Shown here: positions 1-11,734 of the stretch, in pieces | Layout of the letters: the number at the start of each line of letters is the position of its first letter | Position numbering within the stretch: the stretch's first letter is position 1 | Assembly (NCBI RefSeq): GCF_030684315.1 | Contig: NC_081391.1 | Coordinates: 21,350,629 to 21,414,628 of the forward strand | Origin: Stegostoma tigrinum | Lineage: Eukaryota | Direction: 5' to 3' | Length of the DNA: 64,000 nucleotides | Translations under genes and position numbers: made by a program | Notes under the pieces: model-generated | The model's input: the letters and a program-made list of their open reading frames with translations, nothing else | The model's database searches: none | What the model was told of the DNA's origin: nothing

Positions 1-564
1 GATGAGTAGATTAGGATTATTTTCATGAGAAGGAGGGCGATTGAGGGGATGGTGGGTGGCCTGATTTGAGGTCGACAAAATCGTGAGGGGCATAGACAAG
101 GTGGACAGCAAGAAGCTTTTTCGCCAGAGTGAGACTCACTTTCTAGGGTTCACGAGTTCAATGTAAGAGGAGGAAAGTTTAGCGGGGAATCAGGTTAGAT
201 TCCCACAGTGTGGAAAGAGGCCTTTTAGCCCAAAAGTACCACACCGCCCCTTTGAAGCATCCCAAACAGACCCATCCCCTATAACCCCCACACCTCTGAA
301 CCCTACGGGCAATTTATCATGTGGATATGTGTGGAGAAGTTCTTTACCCAGAGATTGGTGGGTGCCTGGCACATGCTGCCCGTGGAGGTGGTAGACGCAG
401 TCACGCTCGTGTCTTTTAAGATGTGTGGGGACAGGTACATGGATGAGCAGGGAGCAAAGAGATACAAACCCTTAGAAAAGAGATGACAGATTTAGACCGG
501 ATCTCAATCGGTGCAGGCTTGGATGGTCAAAGAGCCCGTTCCTGTGCTGTAATTTTCTTTGTTC
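1..564 (+). mobile_element. Degraded CR1-type LINE 3' fragment lying in ferritin intron 1
   Basis: Decayed ORF2 C-terminal sequence (resembles RLGLFS..DL.EV.KI.RGIDKVD..KLF..FFTQR.VGAW) and a CR1-like tail (gcccgttcctgtgctgtaattttctttgttc). The tail abuts ttaaatgtggaatcaagatgg, which is intron-1 sequence in the intact copies. Confidence 0.7.
193..322 (-). mobile_element. 3' half of an HE1-like elasmobranch SINE nested in the CR1 fragment
   Basis: Reverse complement reads catgataaattgcccgtagggttcag...ggggatgggtctgtttgggatgct...ggcctctttccacactgtgggaatcta. This resembles the shark HE1 SINE 3' region as I recall it; no alignment was run. Confidence 0.55.
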
Positions 565-667
565 TTAAATGTGGAATCAAGATGGTGACCAGGTTAGTTT
601 CTGATTGAGGAGTGCCATTGATGAATTTCAGCTATGTTTCCTTTTCCTGCCTTTCTCCTCCCCACAG

Positions 668-1830
668 TTCTCTTACTTTGACCGGGATTATGTTACCCTG
701 CGTCACTTTGTTGAGTTCTTCAAGGCGCAGTCCCATGAGGAGCGAGAACATGCTGAGAAACTGATCACGTTCCAGAATAAACGTGGAGGCCAAGTCCACC
801 TGCAGGACATCAAGATTGGATTCTAACCTTTTTTAATCTGCTCACGACAATTGACTGGTATCTCAATATGTTCAGCTTCAAGACTGAACAAATACTATGA
901 ACGGGAGGCTGTTCACCACAATGAGGCTCCTTTAAAAGGAAATACTTTGCACTTGTGATTGAATAACAGTCAGCAATTGTGATCATCCAGAATACTGGAT
1001 GGTGAGCAAATGTCAGCGTCTAACGCTTCTTTGGACAAGATGAGCTATCAAAAGGTAAGACAGAAAATTGTCAGGTGTGGGAAGCATTTGATGCAGCCCT
1101 TCCACATCTAGAAGATGTTTCTGATGCCTGGGGATCATTCTGATCACTGAATAGTAGGATATGTTTGGAAAATTTCCTCTTCAAGAAAAGAATAGTACAA
1201 CATCTGGCAGGTGTTTAACCAAAGTAAAGTTGGTCTGAGGTACCTCCCCTACAATGATGAGGGATAACTAACTGATCAGATGTAGACGAATGATAGAACT
1301 GCCTGCTGAGCTGTGCTTTCTGTTCCTGCTTCCATCCCTCCAGAAGCCAGAGCAGGATGAGTGGAGCAATGGTCTGGAGGCAATGCAGAGAGCTCTGCAG
1401 ATGGAGAAGGATGTGAACCAGAGTCTGCTGGATCTGCACAAACTCGCATCTGGCCACACTGACCCTCATGTGAGTTTGTAAACTTTCTTCTTGGAAGAAA
1501 GTGGTGTGTTTGTGCACTCTCTGGGTAAACATCCAATTACCTTCTCCCAGCCTCCTGCAGGCTGTTAAAACAAACATACAAATGCATCACCTCAGTGGAC
1601 CTCCACATGGTGGTGATGGTCACATCTGTCATGGGGGTCACTTTCAGACACTTTTGATCCTCTGGATTAATTTTCTCTTCCAGCTGTGTGACTTCCTGGA
1701 GAGGCAATACTTGGATGAGCAAGTGAAGATGATCAAGAAGCTGGGAGATCACATCACCAACCTGAAGAGACTGGGAGCCCCTGACAATGGCATGGGAGAG
1801 TACCTGTTTGACAGGCTCACACTCAGCTGA
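668..1830 (+). pseudogene. FTH1: Ferritin heavy-chain-like copy 1 (exons 2-4 only; intron-2 donor mutated)
   Basis: Exons 668-814, 1344-1469 and 1684-1830. The donor after exon 2 reads AT (caag|attgga) instead of GT. Substitutions include DYVT, VEFFKA and QVH. Exon 1, if present, lies upstream of the window. Confidence 0.8.
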
Positions 1831-1898
1831 ATGGGGTCAATAATGTGAATGTTGTACATGGTGACATAATGCTAGTAACTTGGTTGTGCTCTGAGCAA

Positions 1899-1904
1899 AT
1901 TAAA
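1899..1904 (+). terminator. Putative polyadenylation signal ATTAAA
   Basis: About 70 nt after the stop codon and at an equivalent position in every copy with exon 4. Copy 5 has AATAAA at this site. Confidence 0.6.
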
Positions 1905-3084
1905 ATAGTGTTCACCATGCAACTGAGTACTTTGCATAATTTCACAGCTGTTTCTGGCTCTTGGTATTGCTGTTTGACACCTGATCATGAAGTGTTTTTC
2001 TGTTCTGATTAACCTTTGATTCAATGCCTGCCCCACTGGTTTGCTCCTTTTCTCTTGTTTGTAGGAATTAGGTGGGCAATCCTTGTAGTGGAAATTCCAC
2101 AAGTGTTCAGTTTGGGTTTTTTGGCTAGTAAGCAGTGTTGTATTGACTTCTTTATTCCAAACCAGCTTCTGGTCAATATCTTCAGTGAAACCAGCCCCCT
2201 GTCTCAATGTTAGACACTGCCCTTGCAAATGTTTAGGTCTCTTTTGTAAATAAGCAGGGGCAGGAAATAGCAGGTTTGGGGAGCATCTGTGGAGAGAAAA
2301 CTGTTCAGTCCCAGGACCCAAGCTTTCCAGCAATTTTGTTGTCGCACTTCAAATCTAATGATTTGAGCATACATTCACTCTTTTTGGAACAGGAATATAT
2401 ATAGCAGAACATCCAGCATTTCAGATGCACTGATCTTTAGCATTTAGATAAGCAATTGTGTCCAGACCTCGGAAATTGGTTTCTCTCTTTTGCTGCGGTG
2501 GTGGAAGGAGTGAGGGCAGTGGCTGTTTGTAGGAGAATGGCAAAGTTTGTTTTCTTGTGTATCAGTCTCTCTGCTTCAAGACAATGATCCTGATTAGGTA
2601 ATGAAGCAGTCCCCACCTTCGAGCCCCTGTGGTAGAACTTCTATCACTTCTCTGCAGTCTAAGGACGCCAAATGCTCATGACACCAGGAGAAAATAAAGC
2701 TCGAACCCAAATGCCACTGGCAGAAATCAGCAGTTCCTATTCTTAGCAAGGAAATAAGCTCTCCTTATGTAGATTGACTGACTGGAATGTACCTACACCT
2801 GCAGAGCACTCTGGCTGCCTAATTACTGATGCTCAGGGGTGACAGATTCCTTTATAAAAAGGATGAGGATGTCTCTGAGCTGACACCATTTATTTATCCA
2901 TTTCCGATTGCCCCCGCCAAAGCCAGGTCAGAGTGTCACGCTTTGCTGTGGTTGCAGTGTCATATGCAGGCCAGACTAAGTAAGGATGCATTTTTGACAC
3001 TGAATTTAATGCTCCTCATCAGTTTCTTAATTCTAGAACTCCAGAGAGTTGTTGCACAGAATTAGAAGATCAGTCCACCACTCC

Positions 3085-3440
3085 AGAAATGTGATGGCCT
3101 CCCGCTCCCACCAGCCACGAGATTCATTCTTTGCACCACTGACACACACAGAGTACACTGTGTACTGCCTCCCAAAAGCTGTAGAAATCCACCATCGCTC
3201 CTGAGACAATACTTTCCATAGCCCTAATTACGTGCCATGGGAGAAAGGCATCTGATACAGGGGAACACCACCCCCTCTAACTACTCCACCAAGCTACATG
3301 CCATCCTGAGTTGGAAACGTGACCCGCCATGCTCCAGTGTCGGTGGATCAGAATCCTGGAATTCCCTCACTCGGAACATTATGGATCTGACGACAGCAAA
3401 TAGGCAACAGCAATTTAAGAAGGAAAGCCACCACATTCTC
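3085..3440 (+). mobile_element. Old LINE 3'-end relic repeated in each spacer
   Basis: Block ...ggaacaccacc...ccatcctgagttggaaac...ggatcagaatcctggaattccctc recurs at about 16.1-16.5k, 21.1-21.4k, 26.3-26.65k, 33.4-33.75k, 40.2-40.5k, 45.4-45.7k and 51.9-52.3k. It resembles a common shark interspersed repeat; family not determined. Confidence 0.4.
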
Positions 3441-3908
3441 TCATGGTGGGCCTGATCTCAGACCGGGTCCAATACCTCTGGATGGGCCTTCTTTTGTGAA
3501 ATTGTCAAGTCCTAGTTCAACCCCATCTGGAGTGCACTGTTCCAGTAGGTTCAATCCAAAGATGCTTATGCACAGAATTTCTGGAATGAACCTGGGCAGA
3601 AAGTTAATTGGCTACGATGATAATAGTTTTCCCAAGTCTCTCGGTGTAGAAGTGGAAGGGATGTCTGTGCTTGAAATTTACAAGTGGATTCATGGATTTG
3701 ATAGGGTAGACAGAGAGATCCTGCTTCTTTTCAATTCCATTCCAGGACCGAGAGTGGGGAATATAATTACATTCCTAGCAGTAGAAGTAAGTCATCCATG
3801 ATAAAGCAAAAAACAGCTGCTTTTTGGAAAGGATAATATGTGAATGAGCAGTTAGATATTTATTCGGTAAGATATTGATGTTGCCAATCACTTTCCCATT
3901 GCAACATA

Positions 3909-4886
3909 TGACCAAACAGGTAGATGAGAGAAAACCGGTTGATGTGGTGTATATGGATTTCGGCAAGGCTTTCGATTAGGCTCTTGTACAAAATACGGAG
4001 GAATGGGATTGTGGGAGATATAGCAGTTTGGATCAGAAATTAGCTTGCTGAAAGAAGACAGGGTGGTGGTTGATGGGAAATGTTCATCCTGGAGACCAGT
4101 TACTCGCGGTGTACCGCAAGGGTCCGTGTTGGGTCCACTGCTGTTTGTCATTTTTATAAACGTAGAAGGATGGGTTAGTAAATTTGCAGACGACACGAAG
4201 GTCGGTGGAGATGTGGATAGTGACGAAGAATGTTGTAGGTTACAGAGAGACGTGGATAAGTTGCAGAGCTGGGCTGAGAGGTGGCAAACGGAGGTTAATG
4301 CGGACAAGTGTGAGGTGATGTACTTTGGTAGGAGGATCCGGAAGGCAAAGTACTGTAAGATTCTTGGTAGTGTAGATGAGCAGAGAGATCTCGGTGACCA
4401 TGTACACAGATCCTTGAAAGTTGCCACCCAGGTTGACAGGGTTGTTAAGAAGGCCTAGAGTGTTTTAGCTTTTATGAATCCAGGGATCATGTTCCGGAAC
4501 CAAGAGGTTATGCTGCAGCTGTACAAAACTCTGGTGCGGCCACACTTGGAGCATTGCGTACAGTTCTGGTCACCGCGTTATAAGAAGGATGTGGAAGTTT
4601 TGGAAAGGGTGCAGAGGAGGTTTACTAGGATGTTGCCTGGTATGGAGGGAAAGTCTTACGAGGAAAGGCTGAGGGACTTGAGGCTGTTCTCGTTAGAGAG
4701 AAGAAGGTTGAGAGGTGACTTAATTGAGGCATATAAGATAATCAAAGGGTTAGACAGGTTGGATAGGGAGAGCCTTTTCCCTAGGACGGAAACGGCGAGC
4801 ACGATGGGGCATAGCTTTAAATTGAGGGGTGAAAGATATAGGACAGATGTCAGAGGTAGTTACTTTACTCAGAGAATAGTAAGGGT
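3909..4886 (+). mobile_element. 5'-truncated CR1 LINE (type a), 3' end removed by a deletion
   Basis: RT motifs GVPQGSVLGPLLF and KFADD, plus LVRPHLE.CVQFWSP. Left target-site duplication (TSD) copy AACATA at 3903-3908. Joins ferritin intron 1 at 4885. Confidence 0.9.
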
Positions 4887-5663
4887 GAGACTTGTGGTCT
4901 TGAATGGTCTATTTCAGTGTTAGGGCTGTGATATGATTGTACTAATGATTTACATCCTTGTGGAAGCCTGCATCAGTCCAAATATAACTTTTTATATCTT
5001 GTCCTATTAATGAAGCCTTTTTTTTAATAAACATCCTAACTGTGATTAACTACTGGAAATAAAAGACTGAAATGAGCTGCTGGAAAAGCTTAGTGGGTCT
5101 GGTAGGATCTGTGGTGAGAAATCAGTTCCTGTTTTTGGTCCGGTGACCTTTCCTTCATGGTTTTTAGTTGCTACTTATGAGGAGCAGACTTTTTCCACTC
5201 CCAAGATGGATTATCTGGAACAAAAATCAGTCACTGTCTCTTGTGCAGATGAGGTGTTAGGACAGTGGGGCTAAATCAGATGAGTGATGTTGGTAATGTG
5301 AGGAGCTCAGATTTCAGGTTCTCTTGGTCAACATGCACATGTCCCTTCGTTCTGTTGGACAATGCCCTGATTGGCTTCCAGCACTGGGTAATAGTGTTTC
5401 TGACCTGCAGTGCAGGGATGTCTAATGCCTGTTGCCAGCTGTGACCGTCACCGTGCACTGTCTCACCAAGTCACCTACCAGGGGTTGTAGCGGGTGCTAC
5501 TTAATCTTTATTTCTAGATGTTTGAACAAATGTCTGTCTAGTTTAGTTTATGGATGACCATAAATGTAAATACCTGTCTTCTTACTGTCCATCTAACTTC
5601 CATTTCGTGAGCAAAACCAAGCTGAATTGAGTGAAATTTACTTCCCATTTTGTCTGTTTGCAG

Positions 5664-6923
5664 TTCTCTCTCTTTGACCAGGATGATGTTGCCCTCCATC
5701 ACTTTGCTGAGTTCTTCAAGGAGCAGTCCCATGAGGAGCGGGAACACGCTGAGAAACTGATGGCATTCCAGAATAAACGTGGAGGCTGAGTCCTCCTGCA
5801 GGACATCAAGGTTGGATTCTGAGAATGTCTGTCTGTTTGCAGCTTTTTGAGCAGCTACAATCGAATGGTATCTCCATCTATTTAGCTTCAGGATTGATCA
5901 AATACTATGTCAAGGGCAAGTTGTTCCCCGAAACAGGATTTGTTTAGGGAAAAGGGAAATACTTTGCATTTGTGACTCAATAGCAGAAGGCAATTCAGAT
6001 GATCCAGGCTACTGGATGGTGAGCACATGTCCCTGTATGTGACTCTATATGGACAAGGTGAGGTAACAAAAGGTAAGGCTGAGAACTTGCAGCTACAAAA
6101 AGCAGCAGCATCCAACCTCACTACATCTAGAAGAGGTTTGTAATGCCTTGGGACCATTCTGGTCACTACATCAAACAGTAAAGCAAGGGATTACTTCCAT
6201 TGCGACTGATTCTAGATACGACTTCTTTCAGAATTCACAGTAACAGTGAGATATGTTAACATTTCTTTATTCTCAGGCCAGCATAAAATCTAGAGGGTTT
6301 TTGTATCCAAGTAAAATTTTTTGTCTGAATGTAACCCCTGGAAATGATGAGGGATAACTAACTGATCAGATGTAGACTAATGATACAACTGCCTGCTGAG
6401 CTGTGCTTTCTGTTCCTGCTTCCCTCCCTTCAGAAGCCAGAGCAGGATGAGTGCGGCAATGGTCTGGAGGTGATGCAGAGAGCTCTGCAGATGGAGAAGG
6501 ATGTGAACCAGAGTCTGCTGGATCTGCACAAACTTGCCTCTGACCACATAGACCCTCATGTGAGGTTTTATCCCTTTCCTGGTAGAAAGTGATCTGTTTG
6601 TGTACTTCCAGGGTGGGGAATCCAATTATTTTTCTACCTGCCTCCTGCAGGATGTTTAAACAAAACCTTGTGAAGGCATCACTTGCATGCCCCTCCCCCA
6701 TAGGGAGGTGATGGTCACTTCTGTCATGGGAGGTCACTGACATTTTTTGATCCTTGTTGGATTAATTTTGTCTTCCAGCTGTGATTTCATGGAGAGGCAC
6801 TACTTGGATAAGTAAGTGAAGATGATCAAGAAGCTGGGAGATCACACCACCAACCTGAAGAGACTGGGAGCCCCTGACAATGGCATGGGAGACTACATGT
6901 TTGACAGGCTGCCACTCCATTGA
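5664..6923 (+). pseudogene. FTH1: Ferritin heavy-chain-like copy 2 pseudogene (exon 1 deleted)
   Basis: Exons 5664-5810 (CGA>TGA at 5787), 6434-6559 and 6779-6923 (2-bp deletion at the exon start, plus CAA>TAA). Promoter and exon 1 are absent relative to paralog copy 10. Confidence 0.9.
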
Positions 6924-8689
6924 ATGGGGTCAATATCTATATCTGTTGTACATGGTGACCTCATTCTACTAAATGACTAGTTGTTCTCTGAGCAAATTAA
7001 AAGAGTGTTCACCATGGAACTGAGTACAGTGTGTAATTTTCATAGCTTCTGGTTCTTGGAGGTTTTTTGTGTTTTAACATCTGGTAATCAAATCCATTTT
7101 CTGTTCTTTCTTGCAACCTTTGATTCAATGCCTGCCCCAGTAATTTGCTCGGTGTTTGCTTCTGCTGAGCGTCTGTCTGTAGGGATTGAGTGGGCAATCT
7201 TGTCCTTGGAAATGCCACAACTGGCAAATATCTGCATTGCAGACAATGCCACAACAAAATCTGTCCTCAGCTTTCCCAGGACAATTTTTCAGGACCAGCT
7301 TCGGCTCAAAACCATGACTGAAATCTGTCCTGTGCCTAAACATTAGGCATTGCCAAGGCCCGTCCATTCATTCAATCTTCAGCATTTTTGGAAAAACCAA
7401 GCTGACACTGGAAACCAGGAACAAAAGCTGCTGGGAAATCTCAGGTTTGGTAGTGAGAAGTGTTGAACAGAACCGGGACATGAGACACGTGTTTATCTCT
7501 TGACTGATTTTGTTGCCAGGCCATGAGGTGTTTTCCACCTACTTGTTCTCTTGCTTAAATCCTACTGACTTTAATAGGTCACAAAATTCCTCATTACAAG
7601 AATATAAAGTTGACCAATCGTGCAAGGTACACCTGCTTTTCTGCAATTGCTTACCATTTACATGTTTCCTGCGCTAGAGAATTGTTTCTCTAGTATGTCC
7701 TTTCCATTCAGTAGAATGAAAGCTCTGCTTTCTCCCTGACAATGCTAATGACTATGGCCTCTATTAGGCAATGAAGCAGTGCCCACCTTCTAAAGCATCT
7801 GCTGTAACTCCTGTCCTTGCTCTGCAATGCAAAGGTGACAAATGCTGAGGACACCTGATGACAATAAAGCTAAAAACAAAATACCACTTGCAGAAGTCAG
7901 TAGTTCCAATTTCCTTTACATTTAATTGTGAAGAAAATCAGCTTTCTGATGTAATCTGGCCTCCATGTGGCTCCACACACGCTGCATTGGGTCTAGCTCA
8001 TTGCTGTCAATCACAATCAGTCACTGGTTTCTAATGGGTGACCACTGACAATTCCTTGACAGGATAAGGATGTCACTGACCAGGCAGCATTTATCCTCTG
8101 TCTGAACTGCCCATGGGACAATTAGTCAACCACAGTGCTTTAGGCTTGGTGTCATATACTGGCCAGACCAGGTAAGGATGGCAGTTTGGCAGTTCCCTTC
8201 CCTAAATGACTTCAGTGAAAAGGATATTTTATTCAGACTAGGAATTGCATGCTCATTTTTAGGTTCTTAATGCCCAAAGAGAGTTTTTCAGACAGAATCA
8301 GGACAATGGGCCTCAGTCCCACACTCCAGAAGCTTAACAGTTGCCAGCTCAGAGCAGCCACGAGATTCACTCCTTCCACCACTGACACACAGGGACTGCA
8401 ATGTGTACTATCACCAAATGTTGTAGAAATCCACCAAAGCTCCTTAGACAACACACGTGCTGTTAGATATTTATTGTGTAAGGCTTGACTCTGACAATCA
8501 CTTTCTAATTTCAACACTAAAAATATGTGAATAACACATTTTCTTTGAGAAACATAGAAAGACAAAACAGGCTCAATGTTCCAAATCTGATGTGAGTACA
8601 GGAGCAGAGAGACTTTGGGTTTCAAGTATGTGATTATCTGAAAGTGACCAGCCAAGATGATGCTGTTATTGAGAAGGCTGTGGTGAACC

Positions 8690-9879
8690 AAGCATGTGGA
8701 TGAGGGAAGGGCAGTTGACGTGGTGTAATTGGACTTCAGTAAAGCCATTGATAAAGTTTCACATGGTAGGCTATTGGAGAAAATACAGAGGCAGAGAATT
8801 GAGGGAGATTTAGCAGTTTGGATTAGAAACTGGCTTTCTGTAAGAAGGCAACGAGTGGTGGTTGATGGAAAATATCCAGCCTGGAGTCAGGTCACTCGTA
8901 GTGTGCCTCAAGGATCTACTTTAGGACCACCGCTGTTTGTCATTTTTATAAATGACTTGGACGCAGGCATAGGTGGATGGGTTAGTAAGTTTGCAGATGA
9001 CACTAAAGTCGGTGGAGTGGTGGACGGTGTGGAAGAATGATGCACGTTGCAGGGAGACTTGGATAAACTGCAGAATTGGGCTGAAAGGTGGCAAATGGAG
9101 TTCAATGCAGATAAATGTGAGTTGATTCAATTTTGGGGGAATAACAGGAAGGCAGAATACTAGGTCAATGGAAAGATTCTTGGCAGTGCGGATGTGCAGA
9201 TGGATCTTGGTGTCCATGTACATAGATCCTTGAAAGTTGTCACCCAGATTGATAATGCTGATAAGAAGGCTTACCGTGTGTTAGGTTTTATTGGTAGAGG
9301 GATTGAGTTCCGGAGCCGTGATGTCATGCTGCAACTGTACAAAACGCTAGTGCGGCCTCATTTGGAATATTGCGTGCAGTTCTGGTCACCCCATTACAGG
9401 AAGGATGTGGAAGCATTGGGAAAGGTGCAGAGGAGATTTACCAGGATGTTGCCTGGTCTGGAGCGCAGGCCCTATGAAGAAACGCTGAGGGACTTGGATC
9501 TGTTCTCATTGGAGAGAAGTAGGCTAAGAGGGGATTTAATAGAGACATACAAGATGATCAGAGGATTAGATAGGGTGGACAGTGAGAGTCTTTTTCCGAG
9601 GATGATGACTTCAACTTGTACAAGGGGGCATAGCTACAAATTGCGGGGTGATACATTTAAGACATTTGTCAGAGGCAGGTTCTTTGCTCAGAGAGTGGTA
9701 AGGGCGTGGAAAGCCCTGCCTGCCAATGTAGTTAACTCAGCCACGTTAGGGGCATTTAAACATTTCTTGGATAAGCATATGGATGGTGACGTGATTGTGT
9801 AGGAGGTGGGGCTTGGATTAGCTCACAGGTCGGCGCAACATCGAGGGCCGAAGGGCCCGTTCTGCGCTGTATTGTTCTA
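8690..9879 (+). mobile_element. 5'-truncated CR1 LINE (type c) with TSD TGAACC
   Basis: RT motifs DFSKA.DKV.H, PQGS.LGP and FADD, with internal stops (e.g. TGA at 9038). TGAACC at 8684-8689 and 9880-9885. Confidence 0.92.
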
Positions 9880-9885
9880 TGAACC

Positions 9886-10470
9886 TTGTGTTTTCAAATT
9901 GAGGCATCGAGTATAAAAGCAAGGAATTGATGATACCCCTCTACAACTCATTGGTTAGACCACATTTGCAGTGATGTGCTCAGTTCTGGGCGTGGCTTTT
10001 AAGGAAGGGCATGCAAGCCCTGGACAGAGTTCAAAGGTGATTTATAATAATGACACCTGGAATGGGGAATTTCAGACACATGGAAAGATTAAAGAAATAG
10101 CGCTTATTCTCCTTGGAGCAAGGAGCACTTGTTGAAGTGATCAAAATTATCACCAATTCTGTCAGGGTAAAGGGGGATATTCTGTTTTCACCAGTGGATA
10201 CGTTAGTGACGAGGGGTCACAATTTGTCAGTGAGGGAGCTCACAGTGAGAGGAGGAGAAACCTCTTCACTCAGAAAGTTGGTAGGGTTTGGTATGCGTAG
10301 CTGACAGGAGTGATGGACGCAGATTCCACAGGTGGCTTTAGAAAAGCAGCTGTATACATATATGGAAGTGGCAAATTTAGAGGGATACAGACATAGGGCT
10401 GGAGAGTGGGGCTGGGTGTGGAATGCTTTCAGAAACTGAATCAGGCACAATGGGCCAAATGGCCTCCTAT
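9886..10470 (+). mobile_element. Older degraded CR1 relic that hosts the type-c insertion
   Basis: Decayed GIEYKSKE..LY.SLVRPHLQ.C.QFW-like sequence, ending in a gggccaaatggcctcct tail. Confidence 0.6.
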
Positions 10471-11134
10471 CATTAAAAATCCTCTGCATGTTCCCCCAGG
10501 AAATTCTCAGAGTTTGGAGAGGGGCTTTGTACTCCTCTCAGTGGGCACCTGTACAAGGCACCTTTAATGTGGGAAAGCTGTTACACATCAGCAGAGATAT
10601 GGTCCTTTACACAAGGTAGACCCAGTTCCACTGGCAAAGAAATGTTGACTGGGGATCCCCCCACTGCTGACCTTCACCCACCGTCACAGCCAACGATAGC
10701 ACATGCCTATCTTCCACCTGGATGGCCGTTGGGAACTTGTTTTGCATTGCACTTTACCAGGACCCTCCCCTCGATCGTACCGTCCTGGGTGGCCCTGCCA
10801 GGAGGTGAAATCCTCTTCAGGTATCACTCTCAGAACCAACAGAACACTCGAGGCTCTCCATCACTGTGTGGTGACAATCCACAGGCAGGAGCTGGAGGCA
10901 GGGAGATGCTGCTCAGGTACAGACCCATCACAGAATCGGAGAATTGTTGTGGCACAGCAGGCGGCCATTCGGTCCTTTGTGCCTGCACCTGTTCTGGTTG
11001 TTTTCTAATTCTGCCTGTAAAGATGTTACAAAATCTCTGGATCTGGTATGGACTTGGACCAAGGCTTCCTGGTCCACAGCTAGGGACATTACCCCTGCAT
11101 CACAATACCCTGGCTGCACTGGTTGTACAAACTT

Positions 11135-11500
11135 AGAATCATCGAAAAAAAATTGTTGGATTCGGCCATTCAGCCCCCTCCAGACTGCTCTGCCATTCCA
11201 TGTGATTGTGGCTGATTCCATAACTCAGGTCCATCTTCCCACTCTCTCTCCATACTCTTTGATCCCTGCAGCCCTCAAAGCTACACCCAACTGCTCCTGG
11301 AAAACATTCAAAGTTTGTGGCCTCAAATGTTTTCTGTGGCACAGAATTCCACAGGCCCCCCACTCTCTCGGTGAAGAGATTTCTCCTCATCTCAGGCCTA
11401 AATGTGTACTTAGGCTGTGACCCCTGATCCTGAACTTTTCCATCATCAGGAACATCCTTCCTGTCTTTTCCACAGCTGACACTATGACAATTTTCGATGA
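11135..11500 (-). mobile_element. Minus-strand CR1 relic upstream of the ferritin promoter
   Basis: Reverse frame reads FRPEMRRNLFTERVGGLWNSVPQ, like a CR1 ORF2 C-terminus, followed by a ggctgaatggcc tail. Confidence 0.65.
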
Positions 11501-11734
11501 CCCCGAGCCAATTTCCCACCTTTCTTTCCCAAATCCCAGCACAACAGGCTGAGAAACTGACACTCCCCTTCCTCAATGAGTCCCTTGTGCAGTTGATCAC
11601 AACCACCATAATTTAAAAAACAAAACGAGCAATCTTTTCTCAAACCATATTTACTTCTTTTAAAAAAGAACCAAATAACACACGACCTGATTGAGTGGTG
11701 CAGAAGGTTTGAGATGCCGAATGGCCTCCTGCTG

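Noticed and set aside
578-600. aagATGGTGACCAG|GTTAGT as a substitute mini exon 1 for headless copies
   Set aside because: The donor would be phase 2, putting exon 2 out of frame. Similar sequence is ordinary intron 1 in the intact copies.
1290-1481. ORFs beginning [18 protein letters not shown] as signal-peptide ferritin isoforms
   Set aside because: The hydrophobic stretch is the translated polypyrimidine tract before exon 3. Such a product would lack helices A and B, and there is no promoter evidence.
3496-3801. Recurrent ~101-aa ORF (MKLSS...IYKWIHGFDRVDRE)
   Set aside because: It has a GTG start and a decayed LINE ORF2-like motif. Recurrence reflects recent duplication, and it is not reported as an ORF in the more diverged units.
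3888-4427. Minus-strand Ser/Thr-rich ORFs (also at 17037, 21985, 41045 and 52929)
   Set aside because: Antisense shadows of CR1 ORF2.
5787-5789. In-frame TGA as selenocysteine or readthrough
   Set aside because: It is a CpG transition of an Arg codon (CGA). The same copies have an exon-4 frameshift, and I see no SECIS-like element.
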